Source of the DNA: Euprymna scolopes | Lineage: Eukaryota | Length of the DNA stretch: 64,000 nucleotides | Direction: 5' to 3' (one strand) | Assembly (NCBI GenBank): GCA_053919585.1 | Contig: CM132813.1 | In this document: positions 11,306 through 23,956 of the stretch, one piece after another | How the letters are laid out: every line of letters starts with the position of its first letter | How positions within the stretch are numbered: the first letter of the stretch is position 1 | Translations under genes and position numbers: made by a program | The notes under the pieces: model-generated | The model's database searches: none | Told to the model about the DNA's origin: nothing | The model's input: the letters and a program-made list of their open reading frames with translations, nothing else

Positions 11306-11830
11306 TAGAGAGAAAATAGACAAAGAATAAGAAATTAAAGCGATAGAGGAAGAGAGAGGGGTTGGAGTGGAAAAAGAAAGGGATAAAGAAATAAAGAAAG
11401 GGATAAAACGAAAGAGAGAGAGAGACGCCGGTGGAGAAGAGAGAAAGAAGAAACAAAGAGAGGGAAAGAGAAGGAGGGAGGGCGAAGAAAAAAGAGAGAA
11501 AGAAGGAACAAATAGAAAGAAAAAGGAATGAAGTGAGATGAAGAGAAAGAGAGAAAAAAACGAGGATGAAAAATAAGGAAAAAAAGAAACAAAGAGAAAG
11601 AAAAGGGATAAATAGAGAAAGAGTGGGGAGGCAAAGAAAGAGATTAAGAAGGATAAAAATAGAAAGAAAGGGGATAAAAGACATAGAGAGAAGGGACAAA
11701 GAAAAAGAAAGAAAAATACAAAGAGAAAGAATAGGGACAAAGTGAGAGAGAGAAAGGAAGATGAGGAGGATGAGGAGGAGGAGGAGGAGGACAAAGAGAA
11801 AGAGAAAGAGACAAGAAAGCAGGAGAGAAA
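11244..11830. repeat. (TA)n followed by a ~530-bp purine-rich (GA) low-complexity tract
   Basis: Read directly from sequence; it produces the spurious 200-225 aa F/L/S ORFs. Confidence 0.9.
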
Positions 11831-12144
11831 AGGTCGGCTTTTCATAAGTCTCTAAGATCAAAGCAGAGCAGAAGTTTTTACCATTTGTTTTGGCAACATT
11901 GATACTTAGTGTCCGACATAATGATAATCTCTTTTCTTTGTTCGATTAGCAACGTTGGTTGTTTGTCATTGCGTTCGTAAACTATGCCACTCCATGGTTG
12001 ATTTTCTGCTCGAACCGAATGTCTGTTTTGTATGCAAGACGTTTGTAGGTTATTTTGTTTTTTTAAGAGATTATAATTTGTAAATTGCTGCATCTGCTGA
12101 GTTTACCTGTTTTCCTATTTACTTAGTTTTATTATATACATATA

Positions 12145-12420
12145 GAGTGTTTCAGTGGTGATATGTGTATGGATATGACAGCTGGCCATTGAGGGTTGAG
12201 GACATGTATGTGTGGCAAGAAATGATATGAGAATTATACGATAGATCTTTATTGTGTGTCATAGGACGGCTTAAATGTAATGAACTGAGAATAGAGTAAA
12301 TTCTTGAGAGTATAGGAAAATGTGTGCAGAACAGAAGACTTCGGTGGTATGGCCACATTAAAAGAATGGATCAAAGTTCTTTGGTAAGCATATATAAAAC
12401 AGTTAAGGCAGCAGGTTCAG
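12145..12420 (+). mobile_element. RTE-clade LINE fragment
   Basis: QNRRLRWYGHIKRMD motif. Confidence 0.75.
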
Positions 12421-13364
12421 TTTCTCTTGTTTCATACCTGAGGTTACACGTTTCATGGATGACTTCCAATTTTTCATACGTCGACACTTTAAAACTAGCT
12501 CGTTCACCAACAATAAAGATATATAATATTTTATATACCAAATATTTTATGCACAGCAAAAATATAGCATTAACTTTAAGGAAGGGTTTGTGGGATAATA
12601 AAAGCAGATTGCAAAATGAATTTTACAATCTTTAATGCTACTTTTTTTTTTATTCAAAACCAATCGTTTCGATAGTTACAGAAAAAAATACGGAAAGAAA
12701 GAAATTTAAACAATTCCTTCTTAACCAATCGAGTTCTATAGAATGTCACAAAATCCTAAGAATAGCCATTTTTATTGTTACCCCATTTCTTTTCATTTCT
12801 TTATTAAACACGAAAATTACATTTGTGAAGTAAAAGAAATGAATAGGAAAAAAATTTCCTGTATTTTGATTGGTCATTATTTGAATTCTTCACGAGCTGA
12901 TTATGTCACAGTTGGGACTTGCTTCCAGGCAGCACAGGCGTGACCATCTTGGGGGATTTAATGTAAGCTTAACAAGTGTTCAAAAGAAAATATCAATCAC
13001 GCATTTTCGCAAATTGAATTCTAAGATTTGTGTTTCAGAATTTTAACACGTAAAAAATGATCAAGTTTTGTGATTGAAAAAAAAGACTGTCTATTGCGTA
13101 GATGATCAGGATTTCTTTTGATTTAATGAAAAAGAGAAATATTATGGAATGGAATGGAATGAAAGGAAAATATTCTTGGTTGTGAAGCAGTTAATTAAAG
13201 AATTCCTTAAACAGAAGCGGTGTTTGAAAATTTCGCTTTGATAATAAGTAATATTAATATAATGATGTTATGAAGAAACACTTCATACTGCTTTGATATT
13301 CTTATCATAAAACCCCGACGTATATTATTTTTTTCTCTATTCTATTGCCATTACTACCACAAGA

Positions 13365-13645
13365 TATGGTATAATCACGTTGACACCGGTTCTTGTTAGG
13401 TCACCGAAGTTAAGCAACCTTGAACTTAGTCAGTACCAGATGGATGATCGTTTGGGAATTCCAGGTGCTGAATGTAGAAGAACGTCAACTCCTATCTGCA
13501 AAGAACTGCAAAAACCTAACGTCATCATATCTCCTGATGGGAATATACAAGCAACTGGGGACCATTTGTGAATTAGACATTCTCATAAAACTTCCTCCCT
13601 TGGAGGAAGCTGGTTCAACCCACCTAGGGTGAGTGGCGTTTTGGT
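13365..13645 (+). mobile_element. 5S rRNA-derived SINE (same family as 39230-39478)
   Basis: CACGTTGACACCGGTTCTTGTTAGGTCACCGAAGTTAAGCAACC head; body AACTGCAAAAACC...GAAGCTGGTTCAACC shared with the 39230 copy. Confidence 0.8.
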
Positions 13646-13704
13646 TTCAGTTTTATTACTACCACACTTCTATTACATACACTAAAAAATATGCGACCTG
13701 GTTT

Positions 13705-14337
13705 ATTGGAACATAGGATGGAACGGGTGCTGGTGTCATTACAAGAGTTATTAGTGCATGGAGTAAGTTCAGGTAAATTTTGTCACAACTAACCAGCATT
13801 ACATAACCGCTGTTGACCAAAGGAGCGTCTAGCGAGCATATGTGCACAATGTGATGATGAATTGAAGTGAAATCTGGGCAGTGAGAGTTATGGACATGTG
13901 TTGCATTGAGAGAAATGATATGAGAATGATACAATGGATATGTAATGTGAGACTTTAAAACGCACATAGTTCTGATGATCTTAGAGGAAGATTAAATCTG
14001 GACACAATAGAGATGTGTGTACATAACAAGAAACTTCAATGACATAACCATGTGAAAAGAATGGATGAGAGTTCTTGGGTTAGTAGATGTAGAACAGTTG
14101 AGATAGCAGGTCCAGATTGTAGGTGAGTGCCAAGGAAAACACGCAAAAATGTGATAAAAATGGAACTTGGGAGAAAGAGGGATAAACAAAGACCTTTCCA
14201 GGGATAGGTTATTTAGAATCTATTTATAAAAGCTGCCATGTGCATATCAGCATGGAAAACAGATGTTAAACTGATGATGTTTTATTTACAATGCATTCAT
14301 GATGATGATGATGATGATGATTATGATGATTATGATG
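13705..14337 (+). mobile_element. RTE-clade LINE 3' fragment
   Basis: GAGVITRVISAWSKFR-like remnant; colinear with 43500-44362; (GAT)n tail. Confidence 0.75.
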
Positions 14338-14404
14338 GTTCTGTGTTAGCTAAAGGATAGAGAATTATTAGAATTTCTTATTAACATATGCGAGTTCCCA
14401 AAGA

Positions 14405-14895
14405 ATGAGGTAATACCGATGAGAATGGTATCATAGCAACAGATCGGATACACTTCCAGAAAAAAGGAAAATAATCTCTGGCAGGATGCTTTTGTGATCA
14501 CAGAACAAATATTACTCTCCCTTTCCCCTTCCCTTCAAAAAAGAAGGAATTAATGACTATGAGAATGTATCATGAAATCACATATGTTACCGTTCCCGCT
14601 GCCTCCCCAAGGGAGGAAGTAATACCCGAGGGAATGGTCTCTTGACAATAGAACATGTACTACAATCTCCTCTAAGAAAAAAGAAAAGGTAATAGCTGGG
14701 AGGATGGTATCATGGCAAAGGAACAGATATTAATATATCTGTTGAGGAGGGGGATAGGACTGATGGTGTAGTCTGTATATTTCTGTCAGAAGGGGGTGGG
14801 GCTGATAGTGTCGTCTGGATATTTCTTGCAGAGGCAGAGAGCTTATGACGTTGTCTGGATATTTTTCTCAGCAGGCAGAGTTGTTGGTGTAATCA
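14405..14895. repeat. two adjacent degenerate minisatellites (~70-bp and ~40-bp units)
   Basis: Recurring (G)TAAT...GAGAATGGTATCAT units, then TGATGGTGTAGTCTGGATATTTC units. Confidence 0.55.
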
Positions 14896-15167
14896 TATTT
14901 ATAGCGAGAATGAAATAACATCTTTATTAAAGGGCTATGTGACGTCTCAATTTGCTATTTCGTATTGACAGAGAATAAGTCAAGATAACCGATGACCTAG
15001 CTTAAAAACTTCATCAGTCTTTAAAATCCCCTAAAGTAGATAATAAACAATAATTACCTCGAGCAGAAAAATCGATAACGAATTTTTTTTTTTTTAAACA
15101 AACTAGTGCAAGTTTTGTCGAGTTCTCTTTCAAAATCAATTGGCTATCTATTTTGCCGAGAATATCA

Positions 15168-15245
<78 letters not shown>

Positions 15246-15259
15246 AAGAAGAAGAAGAA
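15168..15259. repeat. compound microsatellite (AAT)n(AAG)n
   Basis: Read directly from sequence. Confidence 0.95.
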
Positions 15260-15768
15260 AGTATTGGTAATGCCTCAAGTAAAATAGAACATCTGATAAT
15301 AGAATAGAAAGGTGGGAGTCATAGATGATGGCCCTCAACCAATGAAATTTCTGACAAGAAAATGAAATCTCTTATCTCATTGATAACAAGAGAAGATAGT
15401 TGAATCCTGTAGTTTTTTTTACACAAAAACAATTAGGCAGACATTGCGATTCATGTAGTTAAAGAAACAGTTAACAGTTACTTCTTTTAGTCACTTGTCA
15501 AAGAATGTTTAAATCGTAAGTTTCATTAAATAACTAAATGGCTTTGCAAAGTTCCTTCTATAAAATATCTTGAAACATTACTTTAAAACAACAAGCATTT
15601 CATTCATAATTTTGTTCAAATTTTTTCTCGTTTATTCTTATAGATTAGCATTAACAGTTGGGCAATTTCATTACAAATCTGTCTTTTAAACGTAACCATA
15701 AAGAAATGGAAAGAAAGAGAAAAAATAATTTCTCGTTGTACTTGCAATTTAGAAATAGATCACAACTG

Positions 15769-16033
15769 GTATTATATGGATTATTCTGACTACTGAGTGT
15801 AATTCTCACAAAGTTTCAGACGACCTTCTTCAGACTCAGAAATCTGAACAGAACCCTTTATTTAATCCATGAGGGTAGCATGCTCTTGTTTCGTCAGCCA
15901 TGATTGGGTAGAAGTCTTAAGTAACTCGCAATCGCATTCTCCCACACTAAAGATTGAACCTTCAACCCCTAGAAGAGGGTCACATAGAACTGGATTCTAC
16001 TTAATACTTCATCTGTTGGGCCACATATTCTTG
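15769..16033 (-). mobile_element. HH1 copy with deletions around the hammerhead
   Basis: B box GGTTCAATCT; body conserved; shortened core CTGAAGAAGGTCGTCTGAAAC. Confidence 0.8.
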
Positions 16034-17123
16034 TGAACAATTCTAGCATCAATTTGGGGAACCTTAAACCTATTCTTGTTCATTTAATCATTCTTTTGAT
16101 ACTTTTAAGATTTCTACGTATGAATTCATTATCAGTTTAGTAGAAAAAAGATATTGAGTGCATGTATTTACACAGCAAAATACGACTTGTTGATAACTTA
16201 AATAGTTCAATGAATTTGGCGGAAAAAAGACTAGCACATCATCTACTTCCTCTCCCCATTCCTTTTCGAAGGAATGGGGAGAGGAAGTTAAAAAATAAAC
16301 ACATTGTTCTCTCTTGTTAAAAAATAAACACATTGTTCTCTCTCTCTCTGCTCCAACTTCTCTAGGTAATATTTTAAATTGTCTTTTTTTAAATGTTTTC
16401 ATTGAAATTTATTTATTTTATGTCCATGTTCTTTTTTGATTTTTGCTCCAACTTCTCCTCTTCGTAGCTAGGAAGGTTAGTTTTTAAGCATAATAGAAAA
16501 ATAGAAAAAGAGAAATTTATTTTTAAAGAGTACAAGAAAATAAATATATGCATTCTTCACTCCATAATAAAGACCAATGTGTATTTATTTCTATATTTAT
16601 ATGTAATTTATATTCTATGAATGTATTTTCATCCCCCAAAAATCTAGTAAGTAAAACGCGGGTCTTTTCTAGCCTCAAGACAAAAAGACAAGTGGTGAGA
16701 GGAAACAAGAAAGCAAATAGCAAGTCAGACAACCACCACAGTTTTACCCTACCCCTTAAAATGAATTCTATAAGAAATAACGCTCTAATAAGAAGTGAAT
16801 GGTGAGTTGTTTTTTTCTCTAGGTCATCAAAACGATGAGGCTTACCATATCCAGTACTAAAGTCGCCTTGGACAAATATTTAGACAGAATATAAGCGTTC
16901 TGATTTTCTAACTGTACATTTACATGGCCTGTTACACTTTGCTATTTTTCTGCTAATAAATCTGAGTCGATTTGATAAACATGTAAGCATAAAGATACAA
17001 ATTAGTGCAAACAGTGGAGAAGCATAATATTATTCCTGTCAGTTTCGACTAGATATCAAATAGTGATGATAAGAAACATTGATATAATGTTTATAAATTT
17101 TGGAGATAATGATTGATAATTCA

Positions 17124-17435
17124 CATTATTGGGTTTATACAGACTATTATCCTCATCTTGAATATTATTTTCATAAGGTTTCCCTCTATGTAATTTCCGA
17201 CCTTCTTCAGGTGTCTCTTGTGGAACTCTGGAATCTGCACAAAATTTTGAACAGAACCTACAGAGGTAGCATGTTCACATTCTGCCAGCCATGACCGGGT
17301 AGAAGTCTTAAATAAGTCACAATTGTATTCTGAGCACCGCCTACACTTCACATTGAACCTTCAGTCTCCAGAAAACTGTCACGAATAACTAAATTTTTAT
17401 CTAGTACTATATCTGTTATGCCACGGGTCCTTGCA
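17124..17435 (-). mobile_element. HH1 near full-length copy
   Basis: Head TGCAAGGACCCGTGGCATAACAGAT; core CACCTGAAGAAGGTCGGAAATTACATAGAGGGAAACC. Confidence 0.85.
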
Positions 17436-17658
17436 GCGATACTCAGACTATACTCGCTAATTGCTTAAGATATCCACCCGGTTATGGGTGTCAGAACGTG
17501 ACCATGCTAACCTCATGGTATGATTCCGTGCAGATTCCTGAATTTGTGAGAAAGGATTGGACGAGATATACCTAAAAAAACGTCGGAGGTTACATTGACG
17601 GAAACGTTGTGAAAATAACACAAAAATGAGATCAGTAGTTCGAAATAATGCAAATAAT
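17436..17658 (+). mobile_element. HH1 5'-truncated inverted partner
   Basis: Begins exactly at the head of the 17124-17435 copy; CGTCGGAGGTTACATTGACGGAAACGTTGTG at 17581-17611. Confidence 0.8.
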
Positions 17659-18437
17659 TGAATGCTCGGACTCTCGGATATAAATCGGAGTCTGAAATTT
17701 TCTGATAACAAATGAGAATAAACATTGAATTCTAACTTTCATGTCTGCCAAATCGAAAAGGTCAGAGAAAATAAGTTCAAGAATACAAAAGCTCTAAATG
17801 AAAATTCTCAAACCTTTTACAATGAGCATTAGTCTTAAATTATCTGATGACCATCAATATGCAAACTTGTTTCCGGTGAATCGTTGATTATATAAAACAC
17901 AACTATCTCTTTCCAAAAAGCAAGTAGTGAGTGTACAATGACACTAAAAATTCTTTCTCCTAGGCCAGTTGCCATATCAAGTCTTGAGAGGCTACTGTTT
18001 TTATCGCTATCTAAAAGGGTTGATCCGGACCCAAACTTTTCGGATGTTATTAATGAAAATGACGCAATGACACTGACAGAACTCGAGCCATGCCATGATG
18101 AGTCGAGATTGTAATTGTAACCACTTGACTTTCTGAGAAAGTATGTAAAAGTGCGATTCTCTTGTCAGTTGTTAAGTAGATGTGCTGTATTTTCAGCCAT
18201 GCTAAGCAGGAGATACATGGCTTGATTTCATTTTTCTAATGTGATGAACACCAAAAGTGTTTCAGTCGGAATGTGTTGGCAATAAAAATCAATAACCAAA
18301 AGAAATGAAACATGACTTTTGTCACCCGGAAGAGAATATTCTATGAACAATTGGCAAACCAAAATGAATTATTGATTTCTTTACATTCTCATGCTCAATG
18401 ATTCTTCTTCTTCTTCTTCTTCTTCTTCTTCTTCTTT

Positions 18438-18469
<32 letters not shown>

Positions 18470-19291
18470 TACATTTTACTAAATCCATGAACATTGTTCA
18501 TTCTAGACGCGTTGTGACACCCAACTTTCCAAAGTTTTTAACCCACATATGCCCATCAAAAGTTTTGGAAATTTTCTCTCTGTTTTTACCGATTTATGAT
18601 GACTCTTTTTGCAAATAAATCCTAAAGTTAATTATGGAGAGCGATCAAACAACATATTCTCTTTTAACTCATTTTCTAAACGCCCACAATTTTTACGTCC
18701 GTTTATAATCTTTACCCTTGTATAAATTTTAAAAGACTTAATTCGATCACAATGAATCTTACATTGTTGAAGTGCTGAGATATCTGACTTCACAAACTCT
18801 CTTCATAACTCAAATGAATCTTGTCTTCAACTAATCCTTATGACTATTTTCTTCAATATCCATAATAATCAAGTTTACATGAAGAGGTTTCGGTGTCCAT
18901 GATTGTTGCTCGTTTACATTAGTGATCTTTAAAACCAACGCATTTCAATTGAAAACATTATTACCAATTTACGTGTGATTACAAAATCAGTATAAATTCC
19001 AAAATTATGAAAAATGATCCAGAAGAAAAATAATTACAAGTAAAAATAGAATTTATCGAGTTATCAAGTTTTATCGTATGTTTTAATGCTTATTTCAACT
19101 TCCCGATATTTTTATTAGTCTGTGCACGCATAAACTAATCATAACTAAAAGTCATCTAATTTTATAACTTTCTTATCTGCCTTTTGTGTTAGCTTAAGTG
19201 ATAGCGGACACGGCTGAAGGGATAAATGTTTTGGTTTCAATTCTAGCTGATGGAACCAAAGTCATTTTTTAAAAAAATCTTTTGAAATCAG

Positions 19292-19357
<66 letters not shown>

Positions 19358-20560
19358 CTATTCAACAGAAAATTGGCTCTGTAATAATAAATATGAAATC
19401 TGCATGAATTAAATATATTTAAGCGTATTTTACGACTGGCATGGTCGGGAATAAAAGCAGTCAAAATTAAGATGGAATAGAAGCATAGCTAACCATTCTT
19501 CTTTAAGTAAGAGAGAAAAAATACTTATAGTATTTATAAAGAACATGACAAATGAGTAAAATATTGGAAGAGGTTAAGAGCAAAGAAAGTATTGGCGTCA
19601 TACAGAGAAAGGGGCAAATCAGAGGAGACATAATGCCCGGATTTGAAATGGACATCTTGCAGGAAGGACATGCAAGGTCGCATTGTTAAAAATACACCTA
19701 TAGCATTTGCCTCAAAACTCGACACGAAACGAAAGAAAAATCGGAATTCTTACCTGTAGTAGCTTTCACTGAGTCCCAGATGGCAGAAAATGCTACGTTG
19801 CTTTCAAGAATAAGCGAGTTTTTCTTTTAATGGGAACAAAGTGGGTGACGAGTCAGTAGCAGAAACTGAGGCCATCAGGCACAATACAAAGATACCAGTT
19901 GAATATAATAAAAATAAGACTTCTACCTGGTCATGGCTGCCAGAACTTTGTGCAGTGTGATATGTTTAGCCCTGATTTTCTTGTGTTTATTTCTAAATAC
20001 AAGTCACTCATTTTTTATGGACTAGATTATCACTAGTGAGACGTCAGAGGAGAAACGCCAGGAATTACGGCACTATATGCAGTTCTTCGAATCACGATTA
20101 TCAGAAAAAATATATAAAAAACAAAAGTTGTTAAAAATAGTTTTGGCAACATTGTAATTCTCGCTTCCCTTATGCTATCCTTTAGTCCTCACATTCCATG
20201 AGTGATGTTTCTGACAAATGGGGAAGAATTACTATTTTCTGAGTTTGAATCTATCCATCAAACACTTATTGTAGGCTAATTTTGACATTGAAGTAGTATT
20301 TTTTATCTTTTTACATCAAGTTGTTTCATGCCTTGTCTGGAGCGATTTCCATAAAAAAAATAAAATCCAGGTCAAACACGAATAAGAGCTAACTATTTTT
20401 CTTTAAATAAAAGAACATGAGAAAAGAGTAAAAAAAAAAACAAAAAAAAAACTGGAAACGTCGTAGACCAAAGAAAGGATGGGGATCATATAGAGGGTTG
20501 TACAAATAAGAGAATTTTAAATCGATGACTTGAAGGAAGGACAGGTCGCATAATTAAAAA

Positions 20561-20620
20561 TAGTAGGTTGGTGTAAAAATAATGTCGTTTTTTGACGTTC
20601 AATTTCAAGTCAACCTAATA
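20561..20620. mobile_element. mariner-derived mini-MITE remnant (MADE1-like)
   Basis: TAGTAGGTTGGTGTAAAAATAATG ... CAACCTAATA inverted ends with TA flanks. Confidence 0.45.
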
Positions 20621-21456
20621 CACAAAAAACGCATTGCATAAATTCATATATAGATAAAACGTTCTCGGACAATCAGTCCAATAGAGTTTGGCCATCTACA
20701 GCACCAGTTTGCCCTTTTCTACTGGGATAAGGTGTAGTTTGGTTCAATCTCAAGGAAGTGTACCTGCCCGGGCTTTATCTTCCTGAAGAAGATTTGATTT
20801 ATTACTAATAACTTTAGGCTACTTTTATGGACCATAGTGCACCGCCTCCGTTGTGCTAACTTTACCGCTGTCCTTCACCTTGTGCCACATTTTCTAGAGA
20901 AGTAGTAGCTTATTGCTAATCACCTGAAAAGTGTTAATTCAACTGCTCAGGTACCTCGCCACTGGTGAGCGGCTTTGTCTTTCTCTTCCGTCTTGTGCCA
21001 CATATTCTTGCAGTGGGAAGGAAGTAAAAATAAAGGCTCTGGCTATCATCAAAGTGTAGTATATGTGTCAAATATTTGGTAGCGTCTAATCTGGCATATC
21101 TTAATTTGGCGGAATGCTGAAGAGGTAGAGAAATTTTTTTATAACTTTGTTTATCAAACGGCACTGGATCCATATATTTGTGTTACGTATGATCTGTGTT
21201 GTAGTAGGTGGTTGGCAAATATTAACAAACTAGTAACTATATAGATACACTGTAGAATATATGGACGCACGTAGAAAAGATTACATTTTATACCTTATCA
21301 GTTATCCCGCTTTAATTTGTTCCTTATCAGATGCTAGTAATCCAAATAAAATATAATTAACATCAGCAAAACAAAATTATATTTTAATCCATTTCAATTG
21401 TTTTAGTTTTAATCTGCAGTTTTCTATTCCATTCATGGCTAAGTTTTAGTCTATTA

Positions 21457-21514
<58 letters not shown>

Positions 21515-21651
21515 ATCTCTCTCTCTCTCTCTTTCTCCCACTGTACATGGTTTGACCATTTGCTCTTATTTTTGTACAGTTTCTATCCACTCACGTTTCT
21601 AAATGTCTATCTCACTTTCCATTTCCCTTTCTGTCTTTCTCTGTTTAGCAA

Positions 21652-21784
21652 CACTCGAATTTGGGATACAACGATTCACAAATTTGAAAAGCTGCGACTG
21701 AAGTAGCTCAGAGATTACATTGAGCGAAAGTTGTAAAGATAATAATAAAATTGAGAATTGAAGTCTGAATAATACAAATGATAC
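21652..21784 (+). mobile_element. HH1-related 3' fragment with variant stem II
   Basis: CTGAAGTA-GCTCA/gagattacat/TGAGC-GAAAGTTGT at 21698-21734; tail AGTCTGAATAATACAAATGATAC. Confidence 0.65.
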
Positions 21785-22007
21785 CAGTTACCGGCCCTCA
21801 TCTAAAAAATGCCGGTACATAATAGAGCACATTTATGCACATTAGTTTAAAGCTCTGTATCATTTTTATATGTACTAGATTATTACTGTATTGTATTAAA
21901 AAAATCCTTCCCTAGCGAGGCGCCAGACGAGAAGGACTAGGATTTACAGCACTAAATGCAGTTCCTCTAATCACGGATATTAGAAACAATATATAAAATT
22001 AAATCCA

Positions 22008-22236
22008 TATACAGCACAATCATATTGACTGGTTCCCAATCCCCGAAGTTAAGCAACATTAAGCCTCGTCAGTGCTAAACTTGGTGATAATTGGGTAAGA
22101 TTAGATGCTGTACGTGCGCTGAATTCTGGAGAGAGGGTTGGGCGTCACTAAGCTAGTCTTACTCAAGCCATGCAGCATGAAAAAATGCAGCGCTTCCACG
22201 ACCTAAGAGTGCTAAGGGACTCTCGGAACAAAGAAT
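22008..22236 (+). mobile_element. degenerate 5S rRNA-derived SINE
   Basis: CCGAAGTTAAGCAACATT...GCTGTA head. Confidence 0.6.
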
Positions 22237-22544
22237 GTATTGCATGCAACAATCCATTGCATGTAACAATTTATTTAAATGGCTCAGGGTGAGGGGCTTT
22301 GCACCTGTTCTTAATGAGAAATGATAATTTGGAATTATCAAACTAAATGCTAAAAATGTTTCCACCTCGTTAAATTAATGAATCTTTTATAGCAAAAGTT
22401 GCCGAAACAAAAAAAAAAAAAAATGATAGCAGAAAACGATATTACGTCTATTGTTAATCAGCTGAGTCTTATGAATGTTGGCAGAAAGGAAAGACAATCT
22501 AATGTTAATAAAGTGTAAATAAAAGAACAAACAAGAACAGAAAC

Positions 22545-22634
22545 TGCACTATTATCCTCATCTTTATAGCTGTTGTTTCACGACGTTTGGCCAACTATTC
22601 CTCTGGCTTTTTTAGATGAGGATAACAGTCTGCA
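22545..22634 (-). mobile_element. HH1-related mini-insertion (degenerate hammerhead plus tail, then inverted tail)
   Basis: Minus strand GCCAGAGGAATAGTTGGCCAAACGTCGTGAAACAACAGCTATAAAGATGAGGATAATAG; inverted AGATGAGGATAACAGT at 22614-22629. Confidence 0.6.
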
Positions 22635-22916
22635 AATAAATAAATATGCAAATTTCTCATCTCAAAGAATTCCAATAATAATGTACCACTACTACTACTA
22701 CTACTAACGCTACTACTACTACTAATACTAATACTACTAATACTGCTACTACTACTATTACTGCTGCTACTACTGCTGCTGCACCCAATTGACGAGCAAC
22801 CAAACAGGTAGAGGTTCGGGTTTCATTCAAAAGAGGCGCACAAAGACAGCATGCATATATAACAAGGCACGGGCTCAAACACTATGCAAAGAGCCATTAT
22901 TTATAATATCATAACA

Positions 22917-22957
<41 letters not shown>

Positions 22958-23137
22958 AATACTAAACTTAAAAAATAAATAATGTTGACGGATTTATGGA
23001 GAGAATAAACAAAATTTCGCATTATTTTTTTACTCTCTCGCTCAAGATAGGTGTTGGCTTAGCTCAATGTATACTGTTAGACTATGTGACTAGCTATACT
23101 GAATCAAAATCCAAGTTTATCCATCCATCCATCCATC

Positions 23138-23320
23138 CATCATCATCATCGTCATCATCATCAGTTTAATGTCCATTTTACATGCTGACATGTGTTGGAG
23201 AGGTGCCCAGATTTGATCTTCCTCTTAGATCATCATCAGCTCATTACACATCCATTATACGATTCTTATATCATTTGTCTTAATGCAACACATATCCTCA
23301 ACTCTCCCTAGCCAGTATCT
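23138..23320 (-). mobile_element. RTE 3' end remnant
   Basis: (CAT)n plus TTTAATGTCCATTTTACATGCTGACATGTGTTGGA, as at 7783-7840. Confidence 0.65.
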
Positions 23321-23956
23321 TAAATCTTTAATAAAAAAATAAATAATTATCGATAATTATTTCCTGATGAGTAATTGCTTTCATTTTATTTATAGTTACA
23401 GCATTCGTCATATTATATACGAATCAAAAGCTTGGAATTTACGGCAAGTAGTTTCGTCATTTGCCACTGATCTATGTGTGTTAAACGTGTATAATGTTCA
23501 ATGGAATGAGATGGCTTGTATGCAGTTGGAATTCACTAATAGACGATCTGGAAGAGTTAAAGCCATTTAAATATAATCTTCTGAAGTATTAAAAAGGTTT
23601 GTAATTATAAATTTGATACTTTACGGAGTTTAAAGTGTGACTGTTTCTGTAAAAGAGGCTGACGTTTAAAATTGAGTAAAATTACTTAAAATTATTTTAT
23701 TTGAATGTCAGAAAAAGAAAGGGTGATAATTATCACAACTTGAGATCTAACTAAAAACAAGAAATTCAGATTCTACAAGATCAGATTGTCTGAAGATATC
23801 AGCTCCCTGACGTAAATGCACCAAACACTTTCTCATTACAAAATTCAATGATATTCTATAAAGTCAAAAACAAAAGCAAAAAATTTTCTCTATAAAACAA
23901 TCAATCTATGAATAAATATTTGAAGATATAAAATCTTGAAGTATAAAACGTTTATC

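Noticed and set aside
11184-11861. 200-225 aa ORFs
   Set aside because: Translations of a GA-rich low-complexity tract and (TA)n; not genes
19750-19800. minus-strand CAG|GTAAGA donor
   Set aside because: No matching acceptor or frame support; such motifs are expected by chance
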